Below are positions 39,975 through 53,807 of a stretch of DNA of 64,000 nt, in pieces (within the stretch, counting starts at the first letter, position 1; every line of letters begins with the position of its first letter). The position numbers were made by a program, and so were the translations under genes. Origin of the DNA: Lama guanicoe (taxonomy: Eukaryota). The DNA lies in NCBI GenBank assembly GCA_013239625.1, contig MU056000.1, forward strand, positions 10,613,175 to 10,677,174, given 5' to 3'. The notes beneath the pieces were generated by a model. The model was not told where the DNA came from and did no database searches. It saw only the letters and a program-made list of their open reading frames with translations.

Positions 39975-40044
39975 ACACACATATATGTATATATGCACAT
40001 GCGTGTGTGTGTGCGTGCGTGCGTGTGTGTGTGTGTGTGTGTGT
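39975..40044. repeat. Compound (CA/TA/TG/TGCG)n microsatellite
   Basis: About 70 bp of near-continuous purine-pyrimidine alternation. Confidence 0.95.
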
Positions 40045-41632
40045 ATCCTCAATTATGAAAAAAAAAAATTGGCAGGAGATACCCAAAATGTTAAAGAAGT
40101 TTTTCTCTTTTTCAATTTAGAGTGGAATTAAAGGTATTTATACTTTTTTCCTCCATTTAAAAAATAACCAAACTTTAAACAGCATGCATAACTTTTATAA
40201 TTAGAAAAAAAAAAGGTTATTTTGAGATTTATTCCATTAACATCAAACAGACTGGAGGGGAAAAAAGTCTCCCATCTACAGTTACTTAGAAACTTAACCA
40301 GGGATTTACTCTTCTGTCTGTAAGCACTTTGGAAAGTGGTGCATCCAATGGACACTTTTGTTATTCCTTAGGGTGAGCGCTGCCTGGGGAGGTCTCTTTC
40401 ATCACTCAGTGACCTTGAATGGAGAGTCTCTTCCGGGTCGTGGCCAGTGCCAGGCACAACACTCACTTCTTAAACATTCCTGTACCTCCTGGTTTAACGA
40501 TGACGTTTTCTAGGGGGTGGGGGTGCATTGCTCTGCTTAGTAGACAAGGAGAACATTGATCAAGCTCCTCTTCCTGGTCTTCTCTTTCTTCCCATTTTGT
40601 GATGTTGGTAATTTGAGACCTTCTTATACCGTGGAAGCCTAACTCTAGGTTTCTGAAGTTAGAAAGGAGGGCTGAAGAAACACATCTCACTCCAATATGT
40701 AACAATCCATATACAAAACTCTTCATTCACAGATAAATCCCTTGGGTCTCTGAAGGATCCTACTGGACCCATCCAAACTCAGTCATTCACCCAGGACCAT
40801 CTGAAATACCTCAGTTTATCACTTGAGGGTCAAAGAGGAGACCAGGACCCGGCACTGGCAGAACACATTGCTTCTTAAGTGAGAAGCTTTCAAGTGTTCA
40901 TAGCAAAGCTGTCTTTAATATTTTGAGTGTCATTAGGTACCTTTAACAATATCACTGACTTATTCTATATAATTTGGTGAACTTGGCTTTTAAGGAGTGC
41001 AAAGACTTTCTAAGTTTAATTTTAAACAGAAATCACTGTCCTTGAATATGGTGAGATCAAAGGGACATTTGTCCCAAATACATTGTCCAACATATACCTT
41101 AGTGTCTTCTCTCTTTCCTTAGCAACCTCTGCTGCTCTAATGATAAAGATTTAAGTGATTTCTGAATAACTTTATTGTGAAGTATCAGTTGTTGCTTATC
41201 TTTCCCCCTCCCTTTTAACCAAAGGCTATGCCAATCTCATCAAACTAAGATACAGCATTGAGTTCATTGTCTATCTGGCTACTCTGGCCCTTCTTACATG
41301 AAACTCTTGGTCGCAATCTCCCTTTCTTGAGAGTCCTCATTATGAGCGTCTTACATCCATTGAGACTTAAAAATTCAAATATGACAGCTGAGATTAAATT
41401 TAAACCAAGGCTGGGCCTCAAAAAAGCCAGAACTTACTTCCAAATTTCTAAGAACTCCTGGGCTGGTCTCAGTGAGAAAGCAGAGAGGAGAATGGCTAAG
41501 GACCAGGTGGCCACGGTTTGAACCTCGACTCAGTCGGGACTGCCTGTGTAAACCTGCACAAGTGTATTAACACTCCTGGCCTCTTATTCTTTCCTCATAC
41601 ATAACATGCGCTGAGATCAATGAATGGGAGCG

Positions 41633-41638
<6 letters not shown>

Positions 41639-41672
<34 letters not shown>

Positions 41673-41789
41673 TGGAGGGAGGTAATTAGGTTTATTTATT
41701 TATTCTTAGAGGAGGTACTGGGGATTGAACCCAGGACCTCATATATGCTAAGCATACTGTCTACCACTTGAGCTGTACCCTCCCCCCCC
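41639..41789 (-). mobile_element. Vic-1-type SINE, young
   Basis: Antisense head (TGAGCTGTACCCTCCCC), GGTAATTAGGTTTATT tail, pure T34 run; TSD AGCGATGATT/AGCAATGATT. Confidence 0.93.
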
Positions 41790-44722
41790 AGCAATGATTA
41801 TTCTTGATTCTCCACCTGTACAAACTGAGATAAAATGAAAATTCTGCACACCCTGCAATTATCATAAAGTGTTCTACTCATCTAAACGGTTTTACAAACA
41901 TTATTTTAGTTTCCACAGTAATAGACATATTCTCATTTTATTCTGTGGTGCCTATCCTATGCTTAATATTAAAAAGCAAGTTGTTTGATTCCAGATAGCT
42001 TTGTTCTCAGTGTAGACTTCAACACGTGCCCCCACCCCCAAATTACTGCTACCACCAAAATTGAAAAATGTGATAATCTATTTTGTTAAAATAAATACTC
42101 CTTAATATTCTGGTTTCTTCCTCGACTGAGCTATAACATTACAGGACAAGCTATGCATAACAGATAATAACATTCACGGAAAATATTGAGGGGCCCTGGG
42201 TGGTTTCTTCACACCCCCATGCCCCACGCCAACACTAACAGCCCTGAGATGGTTGATGTGTAATCCCCTTACTCAGTCCATGTGCCGCTTATGCAAATGT
42301 CAGTGGAATCTTGTATTTAGCTGGATTTTCATTTTAAAAGTCCTGTCCACCTTTTCTATAGAAACCACAAACTGGTATGTTTATAATTTTTAAAAACCCC
42401 TCATTTAAGAAACATAAAATGATTTCACTAGCCTTTTGTTTTTGACAAGTCAGAGACTTAAAAGCTATGAGATGTTTTATATTCTTAATCTTGCATTTCT
42501 TCATCCTCTCGAAAGCTTGTGAACCAGGGAGTGTTTTGACCTTTGGACTCCTATGTCACTCCTATGTCGCTTTAGGCTTAGTAAATTACTGAAACATGAA
42601 TCATTATATCACTCACAGCAATGTGAAATACACCTGCCCACTCTGAAAGAATGGTAAAAATTTACATGTGTCCATCTGTCTAGAAGAACTCGACAAAAAT
42701 CCATGTTAAGAGCCTCACACTTTCAGAAGTCTAATGTAGACCCACTCTTGCAAATAGGTTCATTTTCCCTCCTCTTTACTGGGCCTCAAAACTTGAGGTA
42801 AAATGCTCTTTTATTCATAGTCCACACATGATCAGGCCACTCTAGCTCTCACTGCAATTCTTGCCCTTCCATTTAATAGTAAGAAAAAGTAAGCTCTGTG
42901 CTTTTCACCCTGTGCCATTTGGCAAAATTATCATCTGGTGCCAGAAGGCAAAGCAAGTATCCATTTCTTCCCCCATCTCTCCATCCCAAACTCTGATAAA
43001 ATATCTCCACCACCAGGCAGCCTGTAACCTCATAAACACACCGGCACTTAAGGGATAAGGACCTCAAAGGATACTTGTTGATAAAACTTGCTTTTCTGCA
43101 ACTAGACAGCTTTTCTAGCACTTTGCTTATGTCACCTACGATAAGGAGGTTAGCAATGTCTCAAGGATGAGTTTGAATTATTAGACCCACTAGGCTAGAC
43201 CTCCTGTATATTTGTCTCTTATGTCTAGCCTCCCTTTTGTAATCTCTGGGAGACCCTATCACTTACACTAAAATCCAGTCCTTGTATGAAATCAAGGCAG
43301 ATGTGAGGCAATACTGTGGTATGTTTCAGGCCATTTAACTATGGCAAAGATACTCATTTCTCCCAGTTATCCCTGCGTAACTAACACACATGTGTGCTAC
43401 AGTTCAGGGAGAAGTGATTCAGTGAGAAGCCTGGGCTCTCTGACAACCCTCAGGGCAGCTCCAAGAAAATAAGCCTTAAAATAGTAAAAGGTGGAGGTGA
43501 ACATGTAGCCCTTATCTAAAATGTGCCATGGAATAAATTCAGGTCTAAAACCCTTTTCAAAGATTAGAGGAAACGCCCAAAGTCACCAGTTAATTATGCA
43601 AGAAGGGGAGGTGGGCGGGGAAAAGGTGGAGCAGCAGAGAAGCCCTTGGGGTACCCTGGGGAGGTACTGGCAGAGCAAAGTGGCAACAGAAAAGATACAA
43701 TATTTCATCAAAGGAAATTAGCTGGCTTACTAGCCAGACACAGAGGTTATGCTACATTGTGAACTCTTGTCAGCAACAAAATTAGAAGCAGAAAGTAGTT
43801 TACAAGGTGGGCTAAGTCTCAGGGAGCTTAAACCTTGCAATCTATCAAAAGTTCTGAGCACAGACAGACAAATGCAAGCAGATATTCAACAAATGGAGGA
43901 GTCAAAAAAAACCCTTCTGAAAAAAAATTTTTTTAAACTAAAGGTGCATCAAAATAGGTGCCTTTCCTAAATAAACATCTTTCGAGGTCTCCTCACTTAA
44001 AGGAAAAGAAATAAGGCACTACGACAGCAGAAGAGCTGTTCAGTCCCACCTCGGGGCCAGTTCTGACACCTGACACCTGCCCATCAAGGTGACAGGCTGC
44101 CCCCCTCAACCCTCCAGCCTCTTCCCAGCCTTAAAAATGCAAATGCACCCCGCTGAAGGCCTGCGAAAACGGTCCCCATCGGCAAAGTGCAGAGTCCCAA
44201 TGCCCCGCTGCTGGAGAGTCTGCAGCGCTAGATTTGCAATGACGCCACATGGAGAGAAATGGGGGAAAACATGAAAAAGAAACAAGGATGAGAAGGCAAC
44301 AAACAAAAATGTGCTCCCCTTCTCTGGTGGTCCAAGAGGGGGGAAAAAAGAAACCCCAAACCAGAGATGGCCAGTGGTCGGCTTATCAGGACACGTTTGG
44401 GACACCTCTAATCCATACCTCAGCTTAAAAAAATATATTACAAGTACCTGGGAAATCAACTTGGACACATTCTAATACAAATCATCACCATCACCACAGA
44501 CCCGGGCTAAATAAAACCCCAGCACTCGAGCTATCAGAAACTACATTTTACTTACAAACCAAAGGTTTACATAATCACAAATTACATAATACTCCTTCTG
44601 TGCACTAAAAACCCTTCTATAGGTGAAGCGCCAAACCCTCCGGTCTTTTAACATTTTCCAGGGAGAGCTGGAAAAGTCTGCTGAATAATTGGGGGGAGGG
44701 GGAATGGAATGCTGGAAAGTCA

Positions 44723-45184
<462 letters not shown>

Positions 45185-45431
45185 NNNNNNNNNNNNNNNN
45201 NNNNNNNNNNNNNNNNNNNNNNNNNNNNNNNNNNNNNNNNNNNNNNNNNNNNNNNNNNNNNNNNNNNNNNNNNNNNNNNNNNNNNNNNNNNNNNNNNNNN
45301 NNNNNNNNNNNNNNNNNNNNNNNNNNNNNNNNNNNNNNNNNNNNNNNNNNNNNNNNNNNNNNNNNNNNNNNNNNNNNNNNNNNNNNNNNNNNNNNNNNNN
45401 NNNNNNNNNNNNNNNNNNNNNNNNNNNNNNN
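45185..45431. other. Assembly gap (N run) in the promoter
   Basis: Run of N within the GC-richest segment. Confidence 1.
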
Positions 45432-46455
45432 AAATCAGGGGCGGGACCGCCGGACCCGCCGCGCCCGGGCGCGCGGGGCGGGACTCACCGCGGTACCCCT
45501 GCCGGCCGAGGGCGGCGGCGCGAGGCTGCGGGGGAAGCGAGCTGGGGGCGGCGCGCCATCCGGAGCCGGAGGGCGCAGCGGGGGGAGCCTGATGGGCGGG
45601 CGCACCCAGGGATCGGGAGGCTCCCCGGGGCTCAGCGGCCCGGCCCTGTCGCCCCAGCTTTGTGGGGCCCGCGACTGGGGTGCCCGCACAGCCCCGGGAA
45701 GGGCCGAGACGTGTGGGAAACTGGCAGCAGGGGCCGGCGACCTGAGCGCGGACGCACGTGGAGAGATGAGGCGCGCAGGGGCCGAGAGGGAGCGAGTTTG
45801 GGAAGCCCCGCTCCACCTCCCTGGCGGGCGCTGCGCGGACCCTCTCCCTCGGTGGCCGCCTTGAGGCGGGTGGGGACGTGCGGAGGAGGCCGTTCCTGGC
45901 CGGAGACCTGCTTCGGGCCCATCTGGAGAGCTGGAGGCCCTGGAGAGATGCGTGTGTCGCTCTGGGCCGGCGGGAGAGACCGAGAAAAGGAGCATCTCTC
46001 AGCGTGTCCAAGGGCGATGGTGACCCGCATCCTGGGGGAAAATGTGCAGAGGGCCGCAGGGACGGTCCCCGCAGGCACCCGGGATGTCGGGGGCTGCCCT
46101 TTGGGATGCTCAGATCTGCCTCCAGCAGAGTTTGCTGTCAGCTGAGAGTCCCCCCACTGCACCACTACTGGAGGCAACAACAACAAAACTCGAAAAGTGT
46201 GTCTCTGCGATAAAGGAGAAAAAGAAAAATCTGTTTTATAATACTGTGCCCCAGTGATTTCAGGATAAAGAATAGTTGTGATGCTTTATCTAAAATTAAG
46301 AACAGCGTGGCAGCAAAGTCAGCATCTGTCTCAGCACCCAGCGCTCGATGACCGGAGGGCTGAGGCCCCTGGAATGAAAAGCACCCAGAGGAGGGAGGGA
46401 TTGCGTGCGTGCGTGGAGATCTCTGTACAACAGAGGAGGGGAAAGGCTTCCCGTG

Positions 46456-46598
46456 CAGGGCGGGCTTCGCGTGCGACCTGTGGGCTCGCAAAGGACCTGG
46501 CACTTAGAGGGAGTTGCACTTGGCTTAATGCTCTGCTGTGGCCCTCTTGAAATTAGTAATTTTTAGAAGAGGGTCCGGCAAACTGTGTAGCCTGTCTT
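46456..46598 (+). mobile_element. hAT-Tip100 DNA transposon, MER91A-like
   Basis: CAGGGCGGGCTTC..GTGCGACCTGTG..CTTGGCTTAATGCTCTGCTGT..TCTTGAAATT. Confidence 0.7.
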
Positions 46599-49094
46599 AC
46601 TCATATTATTTTGCACTACCGTCCCCCATTCATCTTTCGGTTTACGAAGCATAATGAATTAAAATAATTTATTATTAAAACTAATAAGTAATTCTTGCAC
46701 CTAGGAAGGAGCCTGTTACCTCGCATTTCGCGTCGTAAAGCTTGTATTCATAGTGAGCTTGAGACCTCGACCTCCAGGGTTCACGTATTTCACAATTATT
46801 TGAAAATATCCGATGTTTTCTGCCCTTGAAAAGACCTTTTAGAATTCCACACAGAACAGGGCCTTGAGAAATAGGAAGCTAATTTACCTTACAGCTCTGA
46901 TGTAACCTCAGATCACATCCCCTATAATTAAAATGAAATTCTGGTAATTATTTATTGTGTTAGATGTGTCCAGTAGTATTATTTTAGAGATTTCCCAGCA
47001 AAACAGGAAGTTCTCGTGTGCAGGACTTTCCTCAACAGCAGGTTCCTGAAAGGTGTGTTTTAATAGAGTTGGATCTTTATTTTAAATATCCAAAGAGAGC
47101 CTATTATTTAAAGGAATTCTCAGGGAAGGAGTTCTTTTTTTTTTTCTAAAGCAAATATCATCTTAACGGTTTATCCATTCTGTAGTCTAGCAATTTTACC
47201 TTAAGCAATCTAATGACACTGACCTTTGTCTAGAACGTGGGGTTGATGAGGTTCTCAATCGATCCTCAGGAAGTCTCGTTTGCTTTGGTTGGTCCCTGGA
47301 CAAGGACGGGCCAACCTTGCTGCGCTGACTGATGCAGTCGCACACCTTTGGTCTTAAGGAGGAATGGCGAGAAAGTTCCAGTGAATCAATGAAAGGTCAT
47401 CATCCTTGTTTAAGCACTCTAAGTATACTTTTTAAAATAAGTGATTTAATAGTGCCATCTTTGATTATGGCTAAGAGCACTTTTTAGATTTGAAAGGGCT
47501 TTGAATTTCAGTCACACTATAGCATTGTGGAACTGAATGGAACAATTAATTACTTTCTTTTTTTTTTTTTTTTTTTGGTATCAAAAATCAGGTAGATTTC
47601 AAGGGGAGTTTTTGGCCTCTCTCTCTTCCTCTTTTTAAACTCAGCAGTTGTTTGAAAAGATGTCTAGAATACAGGTGATGATAATGAATGGGAAATTTTT
47701 AAAATTACCCAGAACCCAAGAAGAGATCACAGAGTCATTTAAATTAGATTCAGAGAGTGTTCTCTTTCAGAGGGTACAGCTTTACTTTCCTTTTATAAGG
47801 TTTTTAGTTTAGATTTGATTGCTTTTGGCCAAAGATTGGTATAAGATTTACAGACTGTGTAATCAACCATGTAAGAAAAAAATTATGTACATGTAGGAAA
47901 AAATACTGGGAGGAACCACGCTCAACTATTAACAGTGGTTAGATATAGCTGCATAGTGTTAGTACTTACTTTTCTTTTATACTTTTCAGTATTGACCAAA
48001 ATAGGCATATAAAAGTTTATAAAAAGAAAAAGTGTTTTTAAAAAATATTTCCAAAACTTCCTTAGAAGTACAAGTTAGCATTGATTTCACAGCACAGGAA
48101 AAGTTATTCTTCCCAAAACAATTTCATAAACGACCAACATGCTATTATTTTAATGCCTAAAATTATTAACGCCAAGTGCGGAAGACGCTAATGTGAAAAA
48201 GAGAAATTAAAGTTACATACACTTCTGATTTACTTTTTTTCTGCAGTTGGTCATAAATGGATATGCTCACGTTACCCGCAAGGAGTATCAGCTGCAAAGG
48301 ACAGAATAAAAGATCGTGTTTAAGATCCAGTTCGAGAACTCTACAACTCATATATCCTTGATTTGAGGAGCCCAATGGTGTCACATTGGAAGCATAGCAA
48401 TGGGCATGGTCTGGAAGCAGCTGCCATAAAGATTTGTGTGGGATGGGCTTTATACAGTCACCTACACTGGGCACACATGATTAGCCCATGTCATATACTC
48501 AGTGTAACCAACTTACTCAACACATGGTTTTGATGGAAGGTTTAGTCCCAAATATTGATGTCTAGTTTTGAAATGATCAGTAAACCCTCCAAGATAGTAG
48601 AGCAGACATAAATCCAAGCCTTGTGGTTCTCCATCTGGGCCTAGTGCAGTTTTACTGCATGGCTCACTGTGAATATGGTTGGGGGAGCTTCTGATTCTAC
48701 GCTACTTAATTATGATTCTATAAATATTGTCCTATTTGATGAAGTCATGATTTCTGCCTGTTTTCAAGCTTCCAGAGAGCAAAAGGAGAAGTCGTGTCTT
48801 TCCCCAAACTTCAGGTTTTACTTTTGTCATCTCTGTGTCATTCCAGCCCAAAGCCTAGTTATAATTTGACTGGCCTAATTATCAAAGCCAATCTGTGTGC
48901 TCTCAGCGTATTCCAACAATTGGAGGTAGGAGGTGTCATGGGCAAATGATCCTGAAATCGAACATCTGCTGTAGATAAGCTAAACTTTGCTAGCTACAGT
49001 CTGTCAAGAGTTACAGTTTTCACTTTTAATAACTTCTTCAATAGTATTTGCAAAGAGACCACACAGATGCTTCAAAATGTTGTGCTATGAAAGC

Positions 49095-49440
49095 GGATGG
49101 AGAAGATTTCTACATACTGATATGGAGGGAGCTGCAGACTATTTTGATAAGTGAAAAAAGCAAGGTGCCAAGCGATGAAATGGAATGCTATTTGAGGGTG
49201 TCAAAGCAGAGAGAAGTATGAGTATGTTTGTGTGTGCCTTGTGTATTTGCTTTTATTTGTGAAAAGACACAATGGAAATATAAAGAAAAATGATTCAAGT
49301 GTTTATCTTTGGGGGAAAAAAGAGACCAGGATGGACTAGAGATGGAGGGAGGACTTCTCTGAATGTACCGTATTATCGCCTTTTGGCTTTGAGAACAATC
49401 ATGTTTTACATAGTGAAACAAAATTAAATCAAAAGAAAAC
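49095..49440 (+). mobile_element. L1MC/L1ME 3' fragment
   Basis: TACTGATATGGAG..TAAGTGAAAAAAGCAAGGTGC..GGAGGACTTCTCTGAATGTACC. Confidence 0.7.
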
Positions 49441-50023
49441 AATTATGGACAGCAGACATATAAATCTCATGCATGTTTTTTTTCTCATTTATTCCTCTTC
49501 TGAGAAGAGGGTTTGAGGCAAATTTAATTAGAGCACAGATTTACGCCTTATGCACTTTTATAAATTTTGATTTTTCTATAGTTGCTAAAGAATAAAACAT
49601 CCAGGAAGCCCCTTGCCAGGTCAGTGATGTAACCTGATAGCATCATATGTTGGTAACTGTTAACTCACTCTTACATCTGAACAGGGACCTGAAAAACAAA
49701 AGTCAGTTTTAGGGTGGATTCTGCTTGTACCACACAAAAACACCACCACCACCGCCTGACTTTCAGGTTTCTGGAAGGGTCTTCGTATAGGTGAGTGTTT
49801 GATGATTTGCCAACTTGCATTTGGCTCATTACCGTGAAACACAAAAGATACTTCATCCTGGCTCTCCAAACCTTAGGTCTGGCAATTCTTAGTGAATCAG
49901 ATGGATGGACAACAGAAAAGATGAAAATGTAGTTATTTCTCATTTCCCTTTTTCCTCTTTGTTGAACTTTTGCTTTTGCTGTTTTTTTTTAATGACCAGA
50001 ATAACATAAACTGTCTGTAATTA

Positions 50024-50523
50024 TAGGCATGTCTTGTTTTATTGCACTTTGTTTTATTGCATTTCATAGGTAGTGCATTTTTTTTTTTTTTTTTTACAAA
50101 CTGAAGGTTTTTGGCAACCCTATGTTCAGCAAGTCTATGGAGGACATTTTGTCAACAGCATTTGCTCACTTCCTGTCTCTGCATCACATTTTCATAATTC
50201 TCCCAATATTTCGAACTTTTTCATCATTATATGTGTTGTGGTGATCTGTGATCAGTGAGATTTGATGTTACCAACTATGAGTTGCTCAAGGCACAGATGG
50301 TGGTTAGTGTATTTTAGCAATAACATGTTTTTAAATTAAGGTATATACATTGTTTTTTTAAAGACAATGCTATTGCACACTTAATAGATTACATAGTGTG
50401 AACATGACTTTAAATGTCCTGAGCAACCAATAAATCTTGTGTAACTAACTTGCTTTAGTGCAATTAATTCACTTTATTGTTGTGGTCTGGAACTGAACCT
50501 GAAGTTTCTCTAAGCTATGCCTG
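50024..50523. mobile_element. Internally deleted Tigger1 derivative (Tigger1a-like)
   Basis: Both Tigger1 ends (AGGCAT..TTTTATTGCACTT and TGGTCTGGAACTGAACC..ATGCCTG) with TA on each side. Confidence 0.88.
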
Positions 50524-50934
50524 TAAATATATTTAATAAAGTTTACATTTTTATTCTTGCTATTTACCCAAGGTCTATTTACTTTAAAAAGCTCTTTGAA
50601 CATATCATGTCTTTTACAAAGATATCCTGTATAATTCTAGCTCACTTTGATCATTTCTCTTCTGTTCTATATCTTGGTGATCAGAACGAGAGCTGCATTA
50701 GTCTTTATTTCTAGTTTATGTCTAATATCTACCACAAAATATTAAATTTCCTGAGGTGGGGAATGATTTAAAATATTATTCCATCTCTTCACTCTCTTAC
50801 TTCCCATCTCCAACCCAGGATAATAATAGACACTAAATAATACATTTTGAATTGGGTTTTCCATAAGCTTGTGTATGTTGAACCTCCAAGTTGACAATTC
50901 GTGGCCCACAGCTAATCTGTGAGGAGGTGTATGA

Positions 50935-51445
50935 GTTGAATTCCTTTGGTTGAATGTCAGAGAAATCAGCTTAAACTAGACAAAGCTGAAAAGAAGGATT
51001 TATTATGAAGATACAGGTGTGTCCCACAGAACCCAGGCCGAAAGCACTGTGTCCTCAGGAAGGGCCTGGAACCAGGGACTGAGCGCCCGTCAGGACTCTG
51101 TCTCTAATCACCATTTCTCTCTCCTTTCCCGCTCTCCCTCCTCCCCGCCCTCCTCTCTCTCCTCTGTCATCCTCTGCACTTCTGGTCCATCCTCTGCCTT
51201 TCTAGTGGTTAGAAAGTGCCCAACCACAGCTCCCGAGATTTAGACATCAGATTCTTTTTGCTCCCAGGTCTGTATTTCAGCAGAAGGGACCCTGAGTCAG
51301 CCAGCTTGGGCCAGGTGTTTACCCTGGTTAAATCAGAGGAGTCACGGGGTGGGGGCCTGTTGTCCAGAATGACCACTGGGAGCCCCAGAGAGGAGAGGTT
51401 GGGCAGAAAACCCAACAGCTGTCCAGCACACAGCCCCCGCCCCTA
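50935..51445 (-). mobile_element. Old MaLR LTR (MLT1K/L/N-like)
   Basis: CTTTGGTTG..AGAAA..CTTAAACTAG..GGATTTATT; GGCCTGGAACCAGGGACT; CCAGCTTGGGCCAGGTG. Confidence 0.65.
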
Positions 51446-51699
51446 GTCTCTGCAGCACATACTCACATCACCCCGTACAGACGATGTTCCAAAGATGGCT
51501 CTGCCTAACAAAGCCCGACTATTCTGTTACAGTTGCAAACGTATGCTCTCCTTCCCTAACAGAAGACAACTCGAGGTCATGCCCAGCCACTCTCTGCAGA
51601 ACTGGGGTATCTGATTCGTAGAGAATCTCACCTTTTGCCATATCAGGTGATGTTCTTAGGTTCCAGGGAGTAGGTATTCTTCGGTGCCAGTGTTTAACC

Positions 51700-51880
51700 C
51701 ATCACATTCGGCTTCATTAAAAAGTCAAAACAAAACAGGTGAAATTGATTTTAATCAAATATTTTGTTTGACCTAATGTATCCAAAATACCACTGTTACA
51801 ACATGGAATCAGTATAAACACATCAATGAGATACTTTACATTCTTTTTTTCCTACTGGGCCTTTCAAATCTGGTGGGCAT
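51700..51880. mobile_element. hAT-Charlie fragment (MER33/MER58-like)
   Basis: AAACAGGTGAAATTGATTTTAAT..AATGTATCCAAAATA..AATGAGATACTTTACATTCTTTTTT..TTCAAATCTGG. Confidence 0.7.
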
Positions 51881-53807
51881 GCCCAGCCGGATCCCCTGGT
51901 CTCTCCACATCTTGGGGCGAGGTCTTCTTGGGCTGGGGCACAGCTACACCCACCATGCGGCTGTGCTCCTGCAGAGGGACCCCACCAGGGTCCCTCTTTC
52001 TCTAGAGGAAGGGTGGCTTGGCCCAGGGAGATAAACATCCGCGGAACCAAGGGGCCAGGTGATGGGGAGAGCTGGGAAAGACCAGCTGGCTGGCACCTGG
52101 AGATCCTGAGGGCTCCTTGTCCCATGGAGAGTCGAATTCCGGGGTGGCCCCTTTCTATCAGGGAGCTGGCCTGGTAGGGCTGAGTCCTTGGACCCACTAC
52201 CTTGTTGCCAGGAGATGAGAATGCAGGAAGACACCCAGAGGTGTTCGTGGGGCGGTCCTTCTCTGTCTGCACAGCTGAAAATGGGGGACAGAGGATTTTA
52301 GGTGTCTGATTCCAAAGCCAGTTCTCCCAACGACTGTTCTCTTCTGCTCCTTCCAGCTCGATCACATCCATGCAGGGTTTGAGCCAGAGTGGCCGCCGGA
52401 GGTAGACAGATCTAGGGACTGCTGGCGAAGCAGCCCCCGGCTGGACTGAGGTAGGGCAGCGAGCAGGCAGGGCCGGGTCCTGGTAGGTCAGGAATGGGGA
52501 CACACCAGGGTGTGATCCCTGTGGCCGAGGGAAAGACTGCAACATCAGGGTAGCTGAGTGGCCTGGCAGTGGCTGGGGTGGTTCACAGAGGGACTTGGTT
52601 CGGGTGGAGGTGAACTGCTCAGCTGTTTGTTTTTTGGTGAATTGCCCCACCCAAGAATGTTCCAGAAACCCTCCAGCGAGGGTCTGGGTTTCCTGAGTCA
52701 GTGGTTTTGTCTCCTTCTGTCCAAGAATCCTGCCAGCTTGTCTCCAAAACAGTGTTTTGCTCAGTGGAAGGATCAGGGCTCTGGTGGCTCTGGACCTAGA
52801 CAGAGTCCTCTTGGCCTTGGGGTTAGTAATTTTCCAGGTCCCTCCAGAGCTGGGGCCACAGGTGGCGTTTGATCTGAACCTGACACTCTAACGAATCCTA
52901 TCAGCTGTAGGCGCCGGGCATCCCTGACAGGCCTCATCTCAGGTGGCTTGGCTGCCCACCAGGCCAGGGGAGCCGCTTACTTGAGGCCCCATCCCAGTGG
53001 GAAAGAAAAGCATCTTGTCCTTGCACCAGTGGTTCCCAAGGACCCTGCAAAGCCCCTTTAAGGCGTTTTTACCATGATGTGCTGTGTGTGTGGTCCCCTC
53101 TGCCAGGCGTGTCTGTGCAGAACATGTGGCCAAAAGCTCCAAAAAATGTATAGACCAGTAACAAGTTAGATTTGATGTAGATCTGTTGTATAACAGTTTC
53201 CAGTGCAAACTATGGGGCGAGTTCATTTGGTTTGCATTTCCCAGGGTTTACCTAACTTTTCCCCCACAAAATTCTATATATTGAAGTTTGTGTACCCTTC
53301 AAAATAACACAATAGTTATTAAAAGTAAGATTGGTTGTGTTTTCTGAACCCCAGATACTATCATTGGTTGCTTTTCAAAGTTACTCTGGGGGGTATAATT
53401 TGGAGGTGAAAATATTAATGTTTCAGCTGGTATATGAAAAAGACGGGATGCAGCGCAACCTGGGCATTTGACAGATGTGCTTGAAGACAGTTTTGTCCAA
53501 CCATCCTCCTTATCTGTGTGTCTGGCAGAACCAAACTTGGTGGCAATAAAAGAGGGTTGCCCTTGACATTCTTTCTTGCCACGGCGATCTCCATTATTGT
53601 CTTCTGACTGTTCTGAGGTCCCCATGGAGAGGTTTGGGCAGGACAGGAGGAGGTCTGAAAAGTCAAAGGGCCAGGAGGAAAGGCGGGTTGCGTAAAGCAC
53701 CCAGGCAAGTAATAATTAAAAATAAAACAAACAAGCACAGCAGTGGGTGATATTTAGGAATTATTTACTATGCACCACGCTGGGCTTGGTGCTTTAGCTG
53801 TAGAACC

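Noticed and set aside
51823-52650. 275-aa minus-strand ORF
   Set aside because: Non-ATG start, Pro/Ser/Gly-biased, ends inside a hAT fragment, and shows no domain I recognise.
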